The notes: generated from the sequence alone by a model not told the origin. A stretch of DNA of 64,000 nt from Planctomycetota bacterium (GCA_017303535.1 JAFLCO010000001.1:7446-71445); one strand, 5' to 3'. Counted from the stretch's first letter, positions 17,161-26,829 are shown. Made by a program: numbers and translations.

Positions 17161-20100
17161 TTACTTCGCCGTAAGGGATCTCGACGGGGCTCGGCTCATG
17201 ACGTAGGCGAAGAGGTCCTTTAGCTCTTGATCCTTCAACTCGTTGAGCTGGTTTTCCGGCATCAGCGAAATCGGCAGAGCCTGCAGTTCTTCAATGTCGT
17301 CGCGGTTCAAAAGCACCGGGCGATTGTCGGCGCCGCGCATCGTGACGGTGCGCGTCGTTTGCTCGGTGAGTAGGCCGGTGAGCGTACGGCCGTCGACGGT
17401 CGTGATCGCGAAGTTGGTGAACTCTTCGCGAATCGCCGCGCTCGGGTCGACCACGGCCGTCAGCAGGAAGTCGAGGTTGGTGCGCTCGTAGCCGGTGAGA
17501 TCGGGGCCGGTTTGGCCTCCTTCGCCGAAGAGCGTATGGCAGACGCCGCACTTCTTCGTGAAGAGCGCGTGGCCGGCCGCCGGATTGCCGCCTCCTTGTT
17601 TGACGAGCGAGAACAGCTTGGCGACTTGCTGTTGCTTCTCCGCCGGCGTCGCACGAATGCGGCCGTAGAACTTCGTCACCAGTTTCTTTACTTCTTCGTC
17701 CATGAAGAGCGACATCGTTTGCACGGCGTCTTGCGGGATGGCGCTCTTCGAGATCAGCCCGTCGTCGATTTGCTTGAGCATCAGCAAGGCCCACTGCGGG
17801 CGTGAGGCCAAGAGCTTTTGGGCCGTCGTGCGCACGCCTTGCTCGTCGGGCAATGCGCCGTGGTAGAGCTTGATGACCGTTTCGCCGATTTTCGGATCGT
17901 CGAAATTCATCAATGCTTCCAGGCCGGCCCGGCGCAGCGAATGCGACGGCGTCGAAGCCAGGAGCTTCAGCAATACGTCGACCGCCTTCGGCTGCTTGAT
18001 CTGACCGAGAATTTCAATGTACGCCAGCCGTTGCGGCTTCGACGCCTTTTCGTCGGCCACGATCTTCAGCGCCTGCGCAACGGCATCGGCCTTGCCGAGC
18101 CGCAGCCCCAGCGCCAGGTCGCTCTTGCCGAGTTGGCTTTGATATTCGTCGAGCGCCGAAGCGAGTTCGGGCGGCAGTCCGTCGATGCGGCGACCGCGGA
18201 AAGCTTCCAGCAAACCGGCGATGAGGCGATTCTTCTGATTCGCATCCGGCGCCAAGGCCAGCAGCTTCGCGCACGTTTCCAGGTCTTCCTTCTCGCCGGT
18301 CATGGAATAGCGCTGCATCGTGCGCTCGACCAGGAATTGATCGACGATCGGTTGCGACCAGAACGCCTTATCGGCATAGAGATCCAAGACTGCAGCCCGA
18401 TCGGTCGCCGTCTTCGACTCCAACGCCCACCACACCATCAGCGGTTGGTGCAGGTCGGTCGCATCTTCGCTCCGCGCGGCCAAAGCTTTGACGATCGGCA
18501 GCCCGATCTCCGCCGGAAAGCGTTTAGCGGACGCAGCCAACTGCACGCGCACTTGCACCTGCGGTTCACTGGCGGCCAGCTTCGCCATTTCGGCGGCGGC
18601 CGACGGCGGCGCGCTGCGATCGTCGCCGAGCAGCCGCACGGTCCAGTGGCGCACATGTTCATTCGAATGCCGCAACCCGGCCAGCGCCAAACTTTCGTCC
18701 AAACCGCCGAGCCGATACGAAACCCAGAGCGCTTCGAGAGCCCGTGGGTCGTTCGCATCGATCAACTCGCGCATCGCGGGCACCAGCGCACGGTCGCCCC
18801 GTTCGGCCAGCACACGAACGGCGTTTTGCCGGAACCATTTGTTGTCGTGCCCCAGCAGCTTTACGAGTTCGTCGGTCGAGGCCTTCGCCAGGTCGAACGG
18901 CTTCAGCGGCGCGGCCCCCTTCGTTTGCAATCGATACACGCGGCCGGAACCTTTGTGCCAGTTGTCCCGCGGGCCCGACCTCGACGTCGACCGGGCGAAA
19001 CCAATGGTCGGCCGTGACGGTAAGCATCGGCATGTCGATCGTGCGATAGGTCGACGTGTCGGGCAGCAACTCGCTGGCCCAGACGCGATTGTGCAGCGCA
19101 TTGCCTGCAATCACCGCGTGGTTGTAGCGTTCGGGAAATTGGCCCCCTTCGTAGACGACGAAGGTCTGCGGAAAGCGGACCTCGTCGCCCTCGTGCCGCA
19201 TGTGTTTGAACCAGCCGAAGGCGTACGGGTTCGTCAGCGGGCCGTGCTTCCCCCAATTCTTTTCGCCGTAGGAACCTTGCGGGTAGTGCATGCCGCGGGT
19301 GCCGCCGCCGTTGGTGCCGGAAAACACGCGGCCGACTTTGTCGATGTCGAGGCTAAACGTGTTGCCGCCCCCTTCGGCGAAGATTTCAAACACCTTCGTC
19401 GTCGGGTGATAACGCCAAATCATCTGACCCTGAAACGCGACGTTCTTCGTCACGTCGCTGTTCACGACACCGGTCGTGGTGCTACCGTTGGCGCCGTAGA
19501 GCCAGCCGTCGGGCCCCCACTTCAAACTGTTGGCCACCGAGTGCGTGTCTTCCAAGCCGAACCCGCTCAGACGCACTTCCGGATCGCCGTCCGGCACGTC
19601 GTCGCCGTCGGCATCCGGGTAGAACAGCAAGTACGGCGGGTTCAAAACCCAAATGCCGCCTTGCCCAACGGCGACGCTCACCGCGATGTTCAAACCCGTG
19701 ATCACGTCTTTCGACGTATCGAAACGGCCGTCGCCGTCGGTGTCTTCAAACACCGTGATCTTGTCGGCCCCTTTTTCGCCGTGCGGTGGCGGAGCGGGAA
19801 CTTTGTCGAACACGGCCCTTAGGTACTGGTCGTACTTCACGACCTTCAGCCCCGCCGGAAACGGGTACTGCCGATACTGCACGAGCCACAATCGGCCGCG
19901 CGAGTCAAAGCTCATATAAATCGGCTGAGCCACGGTCGGCTCATGCGCCAAAAGTTGCATCTCGAAGCCGTCCTGCACTTGGAACAACTTCAGAGCCTCT
20001 TCCGGCGGCGTCGGCAGCGAATCGTCGCCGACTTCTCCTTTGCCGGCGAACCCCTTCATCACGCGCTCGACATCGGCATTGGCCGCGAAGCCTTCTTTGA

Positions 20101-20968
20101 ACTTGTCACGGCTTTCGCCGGCTTCGGCTTGCTTGTCGAGTTCGGCCGGCGGCGTGCGATTCGCGGCCCAGTAGATGCCGTTGACGAGTAACCGATTGAA
20201 GTGCGGCAGCGTGAAATCGTCTTTGTGTCCGAGCGATGTGTAGAACACGCGCGACTTGCCGTATTGATACGTCCAGGCCACGGGATGGGTGACCGGCTTT
20301 CCTTTATCGCTGGCGATGCCGTTGAGCAGGATCGTCGTTCCTTTCACGGCCGTGCACTTATAGAGCGAGCCGGTGCTGTGCCAACTCGCTTGGCGAATCC
20401 CTTTCAGAATCGGGTGTGTCTGCGCGTGCGAGGCGATCGAGACGTCGGTGCCGATGTCGTTGGCGTAGTGGTTCTCGTACTTGCCGCCCAGCACTTCGAC
20501 GTCGAAGTCCGGCCACTGTTCGAGGCCTGCGCGCGGCTTCGGCTGATTGGCCCGCATCGAGAAGGCGTGGCTCGTCGTGCGGATGCCGACCAGCGGCTTG
20601 CCGCTCTTCAAGTAGTTGCGGATCGCGTCTAGCTCGGCCTTCGGCAACGGTCGCCGCCGCACCGAGACGAACAGCACGTCGGCGTCGGCGATCTTCTCAA
20701 TGCCCGGGAAATGGTTCAGGTCGTCCTTATCGGCATGGATGATCGTCGATTCGATGCCCAGCGGTTTGAGTTCCCGCTCGACGAATGCCGGCAGGGTTTC
20801 CCACGTTTGATACTCGTCTTCACCGATCAGGAACGTCACTCGCAAAGGAGCTTCGGCCGCTGCGGCATGTGCTAAAGTTACGGACGACCAGACGAGGCCC
20901 AAGGCCGCAGCGGCCAAACAGCGAGCCGGGAGCGTTAGCGACCGGAGTCGGCACGAAACGAAACGCAT
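17161..20968 (-). pseudogene. PVC-type heme-binding CxxCH protein (ThuA-like + membrane-bound dehydrogenase + HEAT repeats + cytochrome c), interrupted by a +1 frame break near 18970
   Basis: ORF 18659..21061 (start ATG 20968) carries the ThuA-like and dehydrogenase domains up to ...WFRPVDVEVGP. ORF 17161..19110 continues in the +1 frame from RDNWHKGSGRVYRL through HEAT repeats to CGVCH. Skipping the single nt 18970 joins them into ~1268 aa. Confidence 0.7.
20918..20949. repeat. Family C repeat copy inside the predicted signal-peptide coding region
   Basis: acagcgagccgggagcgttagcgaccggagtc is the reverse complement of the family C consensus with 1 mismatch to copy 26485-26516 over these 32 nt. 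It encodes RLRSLTLPARC of MRFVSCRLRSLTLPARCLAAAALG. Confidence 0.75.
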
Positions 20969-21075
20969 GAGAGCGTCCTCAAAAGCGGTGGGACGAATAG
21001 CAGAAGGCGGGATCGAGCAAAGTGAATTCAGATTGTACTCTGGCCGAGCAAACGTCGGCAACCTGCCCCGGCACC

Positions 21076-21828
21076 ATGCTACCTGAAGTCTTGCCGGTTC
21101 TCGACTTAAAGAACCATCAGGTTGTTCGCGGCGTGGCGGGCGACCGCGACAATTACCGACCGATCGAGAGCCGCTTGTGCGACGGTGCGACGCCCGCCGC
21201 CGTGGCTCGCGGGCTGCGCGAGGCCTTCGGCTTCCGTCGCTGCTACATCGCCGATCTCGACGCCATCGCCGGTGGTGAGCCCGCTTGGGCCTGTTACGAC
21301 GACGTGATCGCCGCCGGTTTCGCTCCCTGGATCGATGCCGGAATTCGCTCCGCCGATCAAGGCCGGCGCATCGCCGATTACCTTGCCGCGCGCGCCGCCG
21401 AAGGTCGGATAATCGTCGGCCTGGAGTCGATGCCCGACGTGCTGACGCTCGCCGCCACGGGCCGCGCGGTCCGTTGGGAGCGCCTCGTCTTTAGCCTTGA
21501 TCTGAAGCACGGCGAACCGTTCGCCTCGTCGTACGGTTGGGCCGGCCAAACGCCGGAGCAAATCGCTGATCAGGCCGTCGCGGTGGGCGTGCAAACGTTG
21601 ATCGTGCTCGACCTCGCGGCGGTCGGCGTCGGCCAAGGGGTGCCGACCTTGGAACTCTGCCGCACGCTGCACGCGAAGTACCCGACGCTGCAACTTGTCA
21701 CCGGCGGCGGCGTGCGCGACGTCGCCGATTTGCGGAGCATCGCCGAATGCGGTTGCCATGCCGCGCTGGTCGCTTCCGCCCTGCACGACGGCCGGCTCAC
21801 GCGCGAGTCGCTCGCCGCCGGCGTTTGA
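21076..21828 (+). CDS. HisA/HisF family TIM-barrel protein (stand-alone)
   Basis: ATG 21076 (MLPEVLPVLDLKNHQVVRGVAGDRDNYRPI). The C-terminal GGGVRDVADL phosphate-binding motif is present. There are no other his genes nearby. Confidence 0.75.
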   Translation: MLPEVLPVLDLKNHQVVRGVAGDRDNYRPIESRLCDGATPAAVARGLREAFGFRRCYIADLDAIAGGEPAWACYDDVIAAGFAPWIDAGIRSADQGRRIADYLAARAAEGRIIVGLESMPDVLTLAATGRAVRWERLVFSLDLKHGEPFASSYGWAGQTPEQIADQAVAVGVQTLIVLDLAAVGVGQGVPTLELCRTLHAKYPTLQLVTGGGVRDVADLRSIAECGCHAALVASALHDGRLTRESLAAGV

Positions 21829-21882
21829 CGCTGCCCAATCGGCCGCGGCATTGGTATCTTGAAGCACACCAAGCGGTCGGCT

Positions 21883-21909
21883 CCCGGAGGCAAGCTCCGG
21901 GGCTAAATG
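21883..21909. repeat. GCTAA-hairpin element (family A)
   Basis: cccggaggcaagctccggggctaaatg. Compare 42711-42736, gcggagacaagctccgcggctaaatg. Confidence 0.65.
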
Positions 21910-21918
21910 CTGCTGCAA

Positions 21919-21960
21919 GAACCCTGAACCCCGAACCCCGAACCCTGAACCCCGAACCGC
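21919..21960. repeat. Tandem heptamer array (GAACCCY)x6
   Basis: gaaccct gaacccc gaacccc gaaccct gaacccc gaaccgc, ending 2 nt before the ribE GTG start. Confidence 0.85.
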
Positions 21961-21962
21961 CC

Positions 21963-22571
21963 GTGTTCACCGGCCTCGTCGAACTGAAAGCCGCCGTCGT
22001 CGAAATCCACGATGAACCGCCGGGCAAGCGGTTGCGCATCGCCGCGCCTGCGATCGCCGCCGTAGTCGCGCTGGGCGACAGCATCTGCGTCAGCGGCTGT
22101 TGCCTCACGGTCGTCCGGTTCGACGACGGCGTCCTCGAATTCGAAGCCGGCCCCGAAACCCTGGCCCGCACGAGCTTAGGAAAACTGCAGCCGGGCGGCT
22201 TCGTTAATCTCGAACGTTCGCTCCGGTTAAGTGATCGGCTCGGCGGCCATTTGGTCACCGGCCACGTCGATTGCACCGGCACGCTCCTCGAACGTCGCGA
22301 CCTGGGGCAATCGACCGACAGCCCCTGGTCCGAAATGTGGTTTGGCTTTCCCAAGCCATACGCCGGGCACCTCGTCGAGAAAGGCTCGATCACCGTCTCA
22401 GGCGTCAGCCTCACGGTCGTCGCCGCCGAAGCCGAGCGGTTTAGCGTACAACTCATTCCGCATACCTTGGCCGTCACGACGCTCGGCGACCTCAAACCCG
22501 GCGACGTCGTGAACCTCGAAACCGATCTACTCGCCAAATACGTCGAACGCCAACTCGGGCTCCGCTCATGA
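21963..22571 (+). CDS. ribE: Riboflavin synthase alpha chain
   Basis: The GTG at 21963 gives (M)FTGLVELKAAVVEI, the canonical MFTGLV/I N-terminus. The duplicated lumazine-binding repeats are present (GDSICVSGCCLTVV, GSITVSGVSLTVV). 202 aa. Confidence 0.9.
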   Translation: MFTGLVELKAAVVEIHDEPPGKRLRIAAPAIAAVVALGDSICVSGCCLTVVRFDDGVLEFEAGPETLARTSLGKLQPGGFVNLERSLRLSDRLGGHLVTGHVDCTGTLLERRDLGQSTDSPWSEMWFGFPKPYAGHLVEKGSITVSGVSLTVVAAEAERFSVQLIPHTLAVTTLGDLKPGDVVNLETDLLAKYVERQLGLRS

Positions 22572-22966
22572 CCGAAGCCGCCGCCTCGCAAAACCCGCAA
22601 ACTTCCCCCAGCTTCGAGCAAGCGCTCCAGCGGCTCGAGCAGATCGTGCAACAGCTCGAAGACGGCCGCACCGACTTGGGGTCGTCGCTCGCCGGTTACG
22701 AAGAAGGGGTCAAACTCCTGCGGCAATGTCATGGCCTGCTCGAAAGGGCCGAACGGCGCATCGAATTGCTCAGCGGCGTCGATGCCGACGGGAAACCGAC
22801 GACGCAGCCCTTCGACGACGAAGCCACAATTTCCCTGGAAGAGAAAGCACAAACCCGGTCCAAGCGTCGTAGTACGAAGAAGTCGCCGCCGTCGGACGTC
22901 GCCGATGTGGGGAATTCCGCCTCGGCAGGGCCTGATAGCGTGGACGAGTCGAACACCCTTTTTTAG
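22568..22966 (+). CDS. xseB: Exodeoxyribonuclease VII small subunit with extended C-terminal tail
   Basis: SFEQALQRLEQIVQQLEDGRTDLGSSLAGYEEGVKLLRQCHGLLERAERRIELL matches the XseB core. The start overlaps the ribE stop (ATGA). The xseB-ispA-dxs synteny is classical. Confidence 0.85.
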   Translation: MTEAAASQNPQTSPSFEQALQRLEQIVQQLEDGRTDLGSSLAGYEEGVKLLRQCHGLLERAERRIELLSGVDADGKPTTQPFDDEATISLEEKAQTRSKRRSTKKSPPSDVADVGNSASAGPDSVDESNTLF

Positions 22967-23095
22967 AATGAAATCGGCCCTTCTTGCGGGGAAGGCCGTC
23001 CGTAGGATCGTTGCCTGGCGAGTCGTCGCCCCCGATCCGACTGCCGTGGTTGCCCAACGCGCCACGTTGCCCGAAGCCGCGATTGTGCGTTGTTG

Positions 23096-24088
23096 ATGGC
23101 CACTCTTTCCACCGCCGCCGCTCGTAGCCCGTCGCCTGCGCCGTTCCCGGCGCTCGACGCGTTCACCGGCCTCTGGCGGGCCCGAGTCGAAGCAGCCCTG
23201 GCCGATTGTCTTCCTCGTCCCAACGCGACGACGCCCGGCTGCCCGCAGCTTCTGGCCGACGCGATGCGCTACAGTTTGCTCGCCCCCGGCAAGCGGCTCC
23301 GTCCGATCTTGGTTCTCGCCGGCTGTCAGGCTTGCGGCGGCGATCTCGAAGCGGCGCTCCCCGCGGCCTGCGCGGTCGAGATGATCCACTGCTATTCGCT
23401 CATCCACGACGATCTGCCGGCGATGGACGACGACGATCTCCGTCGCGGCAACCCGACGAACCACAAAGTCTTCGGCGAAGGGTTGGCCATTCTCGCCGGC
23501 GATGCCCTGCTCACGCTCGCCTTTGAAACTCTGGCAACCCGGGTCCATCCCGCGACCGCGGCCGCCGAGTGCTGCGCCGAGTTGGCACGTGCCGCCGGTG
23601 CCTGCGAGATGGTCGGCGGGCAGGCCGACGACCTCGCCGAAGAAGGCAAACTTCCCGGCGCCCCGCGCAATACCTCGCGCACGCCTGCCGAAGGGCTCGC
23701 CACGCTCGAAGCCATTCATCGCCGTAAGACCGGCGCGATGATTCTCGTCTCGCTCCGGCTCGGCGCGATCGTCGCCGGAGCGCAGCCTGCCCAACGCGCG
23801 GCCCTCGACGAATACGGCCGGCGCCTCGGGCTGACCTTTCAAATCATGGACGACCTGCTCGACGTGCGCGGCTCCGAAGCCGCGGTCGGGAAGCGAGTCG
23901 GCAAAGATGCGGCCCGCGGCAAACTCACGTTCCCCGGGCTCTTGGGTGAAGCGGAAAGTTTGCGACGCGCCGAAACGCTGACGGCCGGAGCCCTGGCGGC
24001 GCTCGGCGAGTTGAAACAACATGGAATAGGTACCGACGTCGAAGTCTTGGAAGACCTCGCGCGTTACGTCGTGGAAAGGAACCACTAA
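23096..24088 (+). CDS. ispA: Polyprenyl (farnesyl/geranylgeranyl) diphosphate synthase
   Basis: First Asp-rich motif IHDDLPAMDDDDLRRG and second motif FQIMDDLLD. It lies between xseB and dxs. Confidence 0.88.
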   Translation: MATLSTAAARSPSPAPFPALDAFTGLWRARVEAALADCLPRPNATTPGCPQLLADAMRYSLLAPGKRLRPILVLAGCQACGGDLEAALPAACAVEMIHCYSLIHDDLPAMDDDDLRRGNPTNHKVFGEGLAILAGDALLTLAFETLATRVHPATAAAECCAELARAAGACEMVGGQADDLAEEGKLPGAPRNTSRTPAEGLATLEAIHRRKTGAMILVSLRLGAIVAGAQPAQRAALDEYGRRLGLTFQIMDDLLDVRGSEAAVGKRVGKDAARGKLTFPGLLGEAESLRRAETLTAGALAALGELKQHGIGTDVEVLEDLARYVVERNH

Positions 24089-26029
24089 ATGCCGGCTCCC
24101 CTGCTCCCCACCATCGACTCGCCGGACGATCTGCGCCCCTTGTCGCTCTTGCAGCTCGAGCAAGTGGCGGCGGAGATGCGCGAGGCTCTCTGCCACGTCG
24201 TTTCCAATCGCACGGCCCACTTCGCGTCGAACCTCGGCGTGGTCGAGCTTTGCTTGGCCCTGCACACGACGTTCGACTTCCGTCGCGATCGGCTCATTTG
24301 GGACACCGGCCACCAAATCTATCCGCACAAGCTCATCACGGGCCGCTTCCGCGACTTCGCCTCGATTCGCACCAAGGGCGGCTTGATGGGTTACCCGAAC
24401 CCCGCCGAAAGCGAATACGACTTGTTCGTCACCGGTCACGCCGGCTCGAGCGTTTCCACGGTGCTCGGCCTGAAGAGCGGCGACGACCTGCTGCCCGGCC
24501 AGGAAGATCGGCAGGCCGTGGCCGTCATTGGCGACGGCGCGTTCCCCTCCGGCATCGTCTTTGAAGCCCTCAACAACGCGGCGTTTCTCAAGAAGAAAAT
24601 GATCGTGGTGCTGAACGACAACAAAATGTCGATCTGCCCGCGCGTCGGCGGCCTGGCCGATTACTTCGATCGCCTGCGGATGAACTCGCTCTACGTCGGC
24701 CTGAAGACCGGCGCCGCGAAGGCCCTCACCAAAGTGCCGCTGATCGGCGACGGCATGGAGCGGATGTTCAAGAACACCCGCGACGCCTTTAAGGCCGGCC
24801 TGCACGGCGGGATGCTGTTCGAAGAACTCGGCATCCGCTACGTCGGCCCGATCGACGGCCACAACCTCGGCCTGCTCAAGCAATATCTGGAGATGTGCCA
24901 AGAGGCCGAAGGTCCGGTGCTGCTGCACATCGTCACGCAAAAGGGACATGGCTTCGGTCCGGCCGAAGAAGATCCGGTCAGCTTCCACACTCCCGCCCCG
25001 TTCCAACGCGACGGCCGCTGCGTGGTGCCGGTCAAGAAGTCGTCGAGCAAGGCCTACACGAACATCGCCAGCGCCGCGATTCACGAGCAACTCGCCGCCA
25101 ATCCGAAGGTCACCGTGCTCACGGCCGCGATGTGCCAAGGGACGAACCTCGAAAAGGTCCGCGACGATTTCCCGACCCGCTTCTTCGACGTCGGCATTTG
25201 CGAATCGCACGCCGTGGCGTTCGCGGCCGGCCAAGCGAAGGCGGGCCTGCGACCGATCGTCGATATCTACAGCACGTTCCTGCAGCGCAGCTTCGATCAG
25301 ATCTTCCAAGAAGTCTCGCTGCAGAACTTGCCGGTGACGTTCTTGCTCGACCGCGGCGGCCTCACCGGTCCCGACGGTCCGACGCATCACGGCGTGTTCG
25401 ACATCGGCTACATGCGGATGTTCCCGCACATGGTCGTGATGGCCCCCGGCGACGCCGCCGACTTGCCCGCGATGCTTGACTTCGCATTGAAGCACGACGC
25501 GCCGACCTCGCTCCGCTACCCGAAGGCTCCGGCCGAAACGATCGATCGCTCGCCCGCGCCGATCGAACTCGGGCGGGCCGAAGTGCTCGAATGGGGCGGC
25601 GACGGCATGATCGTCGCCTGCGGTACGCTGCTGACCGACTGCGTGAAGGCGGCGGCCCAACTTCGCGAAGAAGGGCTCGACGTCGGCGTGATCAATGCCC
25701 GCTTCATCAAGCCGCTCGACACGGAGACGATCCTCAAGGCCGTGTCGACGGCGCCGTTCGTGCTGACCGTGGAAGAAGGGCAACTGATGACCGGCTTCGG
25801 CTCGGCCGTGCTGGAAGCGGCCAACGAAGCTCGCTTGCCGACCGCCAACATCCACCGTCTCGGCATCCCGGACGCCTACGTGGAACACGGCGAGCGAGGC
25901 GAACTCCTGGCCGACCTCGGTCTCGACGCCACGGGCATCGCCGCCAAGTGCCGCGAACTGGCCGCCGCCGCATTGCATCACGACGAAGACCTCGGCCCGG
26001 CCAAACCGGCCGTCCGCCGCCGCGGCTAA
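24089..26029 (+). CDS. dxs: 1-deoxy-D-xylulose-5-phosphate synthase
   Basis: 646 aa. Motifs HFASNLGVVELCLALH, DTGHQIYPHKLITGR, GHAGSSVSTVLG, GDGAFPSGIVFEALNNA and DVGICESHAV. The start directly follows the ispA stop (taaATG). Confidence 0.97.
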   Translation: MPAPLLPTIDSPDDLRPLSLLQLEQVAAEMREALCHVVSNRTAHFASNLGVVELCLALHTTFDFRRDRLIWDTGHQIYPHKLITGRFRDFASIRTKGGLMGYPNPAESEYDLFVTGHAGSSVSTVLGLKSGDDLLPGQEDRQAVAVIGDGAFPSGIVFEALNNAAFLKKKMIVVLNDNKMSICPRVGGLADYFDRLRMNSLYVGLKTGAAKALTKVPLIGDGMERMFKNTRDAFKAGLHGGMLFEELGIRYVGPIDGHNLGLLKQYLEMCQEAEGPVLLHIVTQKGHGFGPAEEDPVSFHTPAPFQRDGRCVVPVKKSSSKAYTNIASAAIHEQLAANPKVTVLTAAMCQGTNLEKVRDDFPTRFFDVGICESHAVAFAAGQAKAGLRPIVDIYSTFLQRSFDQIFQEVSLQNLPVTFLLDRGGLTGPDGPTHHGVFDIGYMRMFPHMVVMAPGDAADLPAMLDFALKHDAPTSLRYPKAPAETIDRSPAPIELGRAEVLEWGGDGMIVACGTLLTDCVKAAAQLREEGLDVGVINARFIKPLDTETILKAVSTAPFVLTVEEGQLMTGFGSAVLEAANEARLPTANIHRLGIPDAYVEHGERGELLADLGLDATGIAAKCRELAAAALHHDEDLGPAKPAVRRRG

Positions 26030-26043
26030 AAGTCTCTCAGAAT

Positions 26044-26100
26044 TCTCCCCTCGCCACGTGCTTTCAAGAGACACGGGGGAGAGGGGCCGGGGGTGAGGGG
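26044..26100. repeat. Family D G-rich hairpin repeat (…GGGGAGAGGGG-C-GGGGGTGAGGGG)
   Basis: tctcccctcgcc...gggggagaggggccgggggtgagggg. Close relative at 36001-36043. Confidence 0.7.
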
Positions 26101-26240
26101 TTTCTAATTCTCGAGCGGCCTCAATTGAGCCCGCCGCAGTAACCGTTCGCCGAGCAGAAATCGCCTTCTGTAAGGAACGCCCTCCGCGGCGTTCCGCCGG
26201 CACTAATCGCAACAGATTTGCAATTGCGCCAAAATTGCAA

Positions 26241-26342
26241 GTGCGTACATCGGAGCCCGAGATGTACGCACCCTTAGTTCTAAGTGATCCGGTGCGTACT
26301 TTTCGGACCTCGATGTACGCACCCTGCCCGATTTGTACGCAC
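26241..26342. repeat. Phased inverted-repeat array built on TGTACGCAC
   Basis: IR1 is GTGCGTACATC-N9-GATGTACGCAC (26241-26271). IR2 is GGTGCGTAC-N12-GATGTACGCACC (26291-26323). A half-site tgtacgcac sits at 26334-26342. The 13-mer GATGTACGCACCC recurs exactly 51 bp apart. Confidence 0.8.
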
Positions 26343-26413
26343 TTACGGTAGCGCGTTTGTAATTGCAAAACGATCGTCAATAAGACGACCTGCCGAACAG
26401 AAATCGCATATTT

Positions 26414-26460
26414 CCCTTCTCCCCTCGCGGGAGAAGGTGCCCGAAGGGCGGATGAGGGGG
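26414..26460. repeat. Family D repeat (hairpin + GTGCCCGAAGGGCGGRTGAGGG subtype)
   Basis: cccttctcccctcgcgggagaaggtgcccgaagggcggatgaggggg. The tail is shared with 26566-26610. Confidence 0.7.
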
Positions 26461-26483
26461 CAGATCGTCGTATCGACGCCGCA

Positions 26484-26516
26484 AGACTCCGGTCGCTGAC
26501 GCTCCCGGCTCGCTGT
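26484..26516. repeat. Family C repeat
   Basis: agactccggtcgctgacgctcccggctcgctgt, with 1 mismatch to 14519-14551. Confidence 0.8.
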
Positions 26517-26565
26517 CCGGGCTTGTACCACCAACCCCTCTCCCACCGGGAGACTGCGTTGTTTG

Positions 26566-26610
26566 TCGCCTCCTGCCGGAGGCGAGTGCCCGAAGGGCGG
26601 GTGAGGGTGG
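26566..26610. repeat. Family D repeat (hairpin + GTGCCCGAAGGGCGGGTGAGGG)
   Basis: tcgcctcctgccggaggcgagtgcccgaagggcgggtgagggtgg. Confidence 0.7.
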
Positions 26611-26652
26611 CGGTGCGTAAAGGTTGGTTATGGTGATTCATGGTCATGGACC

Positions 26653-26829
26653 TTAGCCCCCGGCACTTCATGCCGGGGGCAATGTGGGTTTGATTCGGTT
26701 TAACGGCTTAAGCACGATCGGGAGTTCGCCATGTCCCCTCGCTTGCGCTTCGGGGCTAGTATGCGGATCCCACGCCGCTCGCGAGATTCCACGCCGATTG
26801 CCCCCGGTTTGAAGAACCGGGGGCTAAGG
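26653..26829. repeat. Inverted pair of family A hairpins bracketing ~115 bp
   Basis: ttagcccccggcacttcatgccgggggcaa (26653-26682) and ttgcccccggtttgaagaaccgggggctaagg (26798-26829) are in opposite orientation. The pair at 4292/4386 has the same arrangement. Confidence 0.7.

Noticed and set aside
18964-18978. Programmed -1 ribosomal frameshift at the GGGCCCG heptamer in the heme-binding gene.
   Set aside because: The required shift to join the two homologous frames is +1, not -1. GGGCCCG is not an efficient slippery site, and no downstream stimulatory structure was evident. An indel (a sequencing error or a real mutation) is the simpler explanation. This is kept as a finding, but not as programmed recoding.
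21829-21962. FMN riboswitch upstream of ribE, and by analogy TPP or lysine riboswitches upstream of dxs and dapL.
   Set aside because: The ribE leader consists of a family A hairpin plus the heptamer array and lacks the conserved FMN-element core as I remember it. dxs is translationally contiguous with ispA. The dapL leader shows no L-box-like helices.
21797-26671. A 1624-aa ORF on the minus strand spanning the whole ribE-xseB-ispA-dxs block and part of the repeat region.
   Set aside because: Its codon register (coordinate mod 3 = 2) is identical to that of xseB (22568), ispA (23096) and dxs (24089). An antisense stop would therefore require a sense TTA, CTA or TCA codon, which are nearly absent at this GC3. 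The translation is Arg/Gly/Ala-rich with no recognisable domains, while the sense genes are unambiguous. This is a high-GC mirror artefact.
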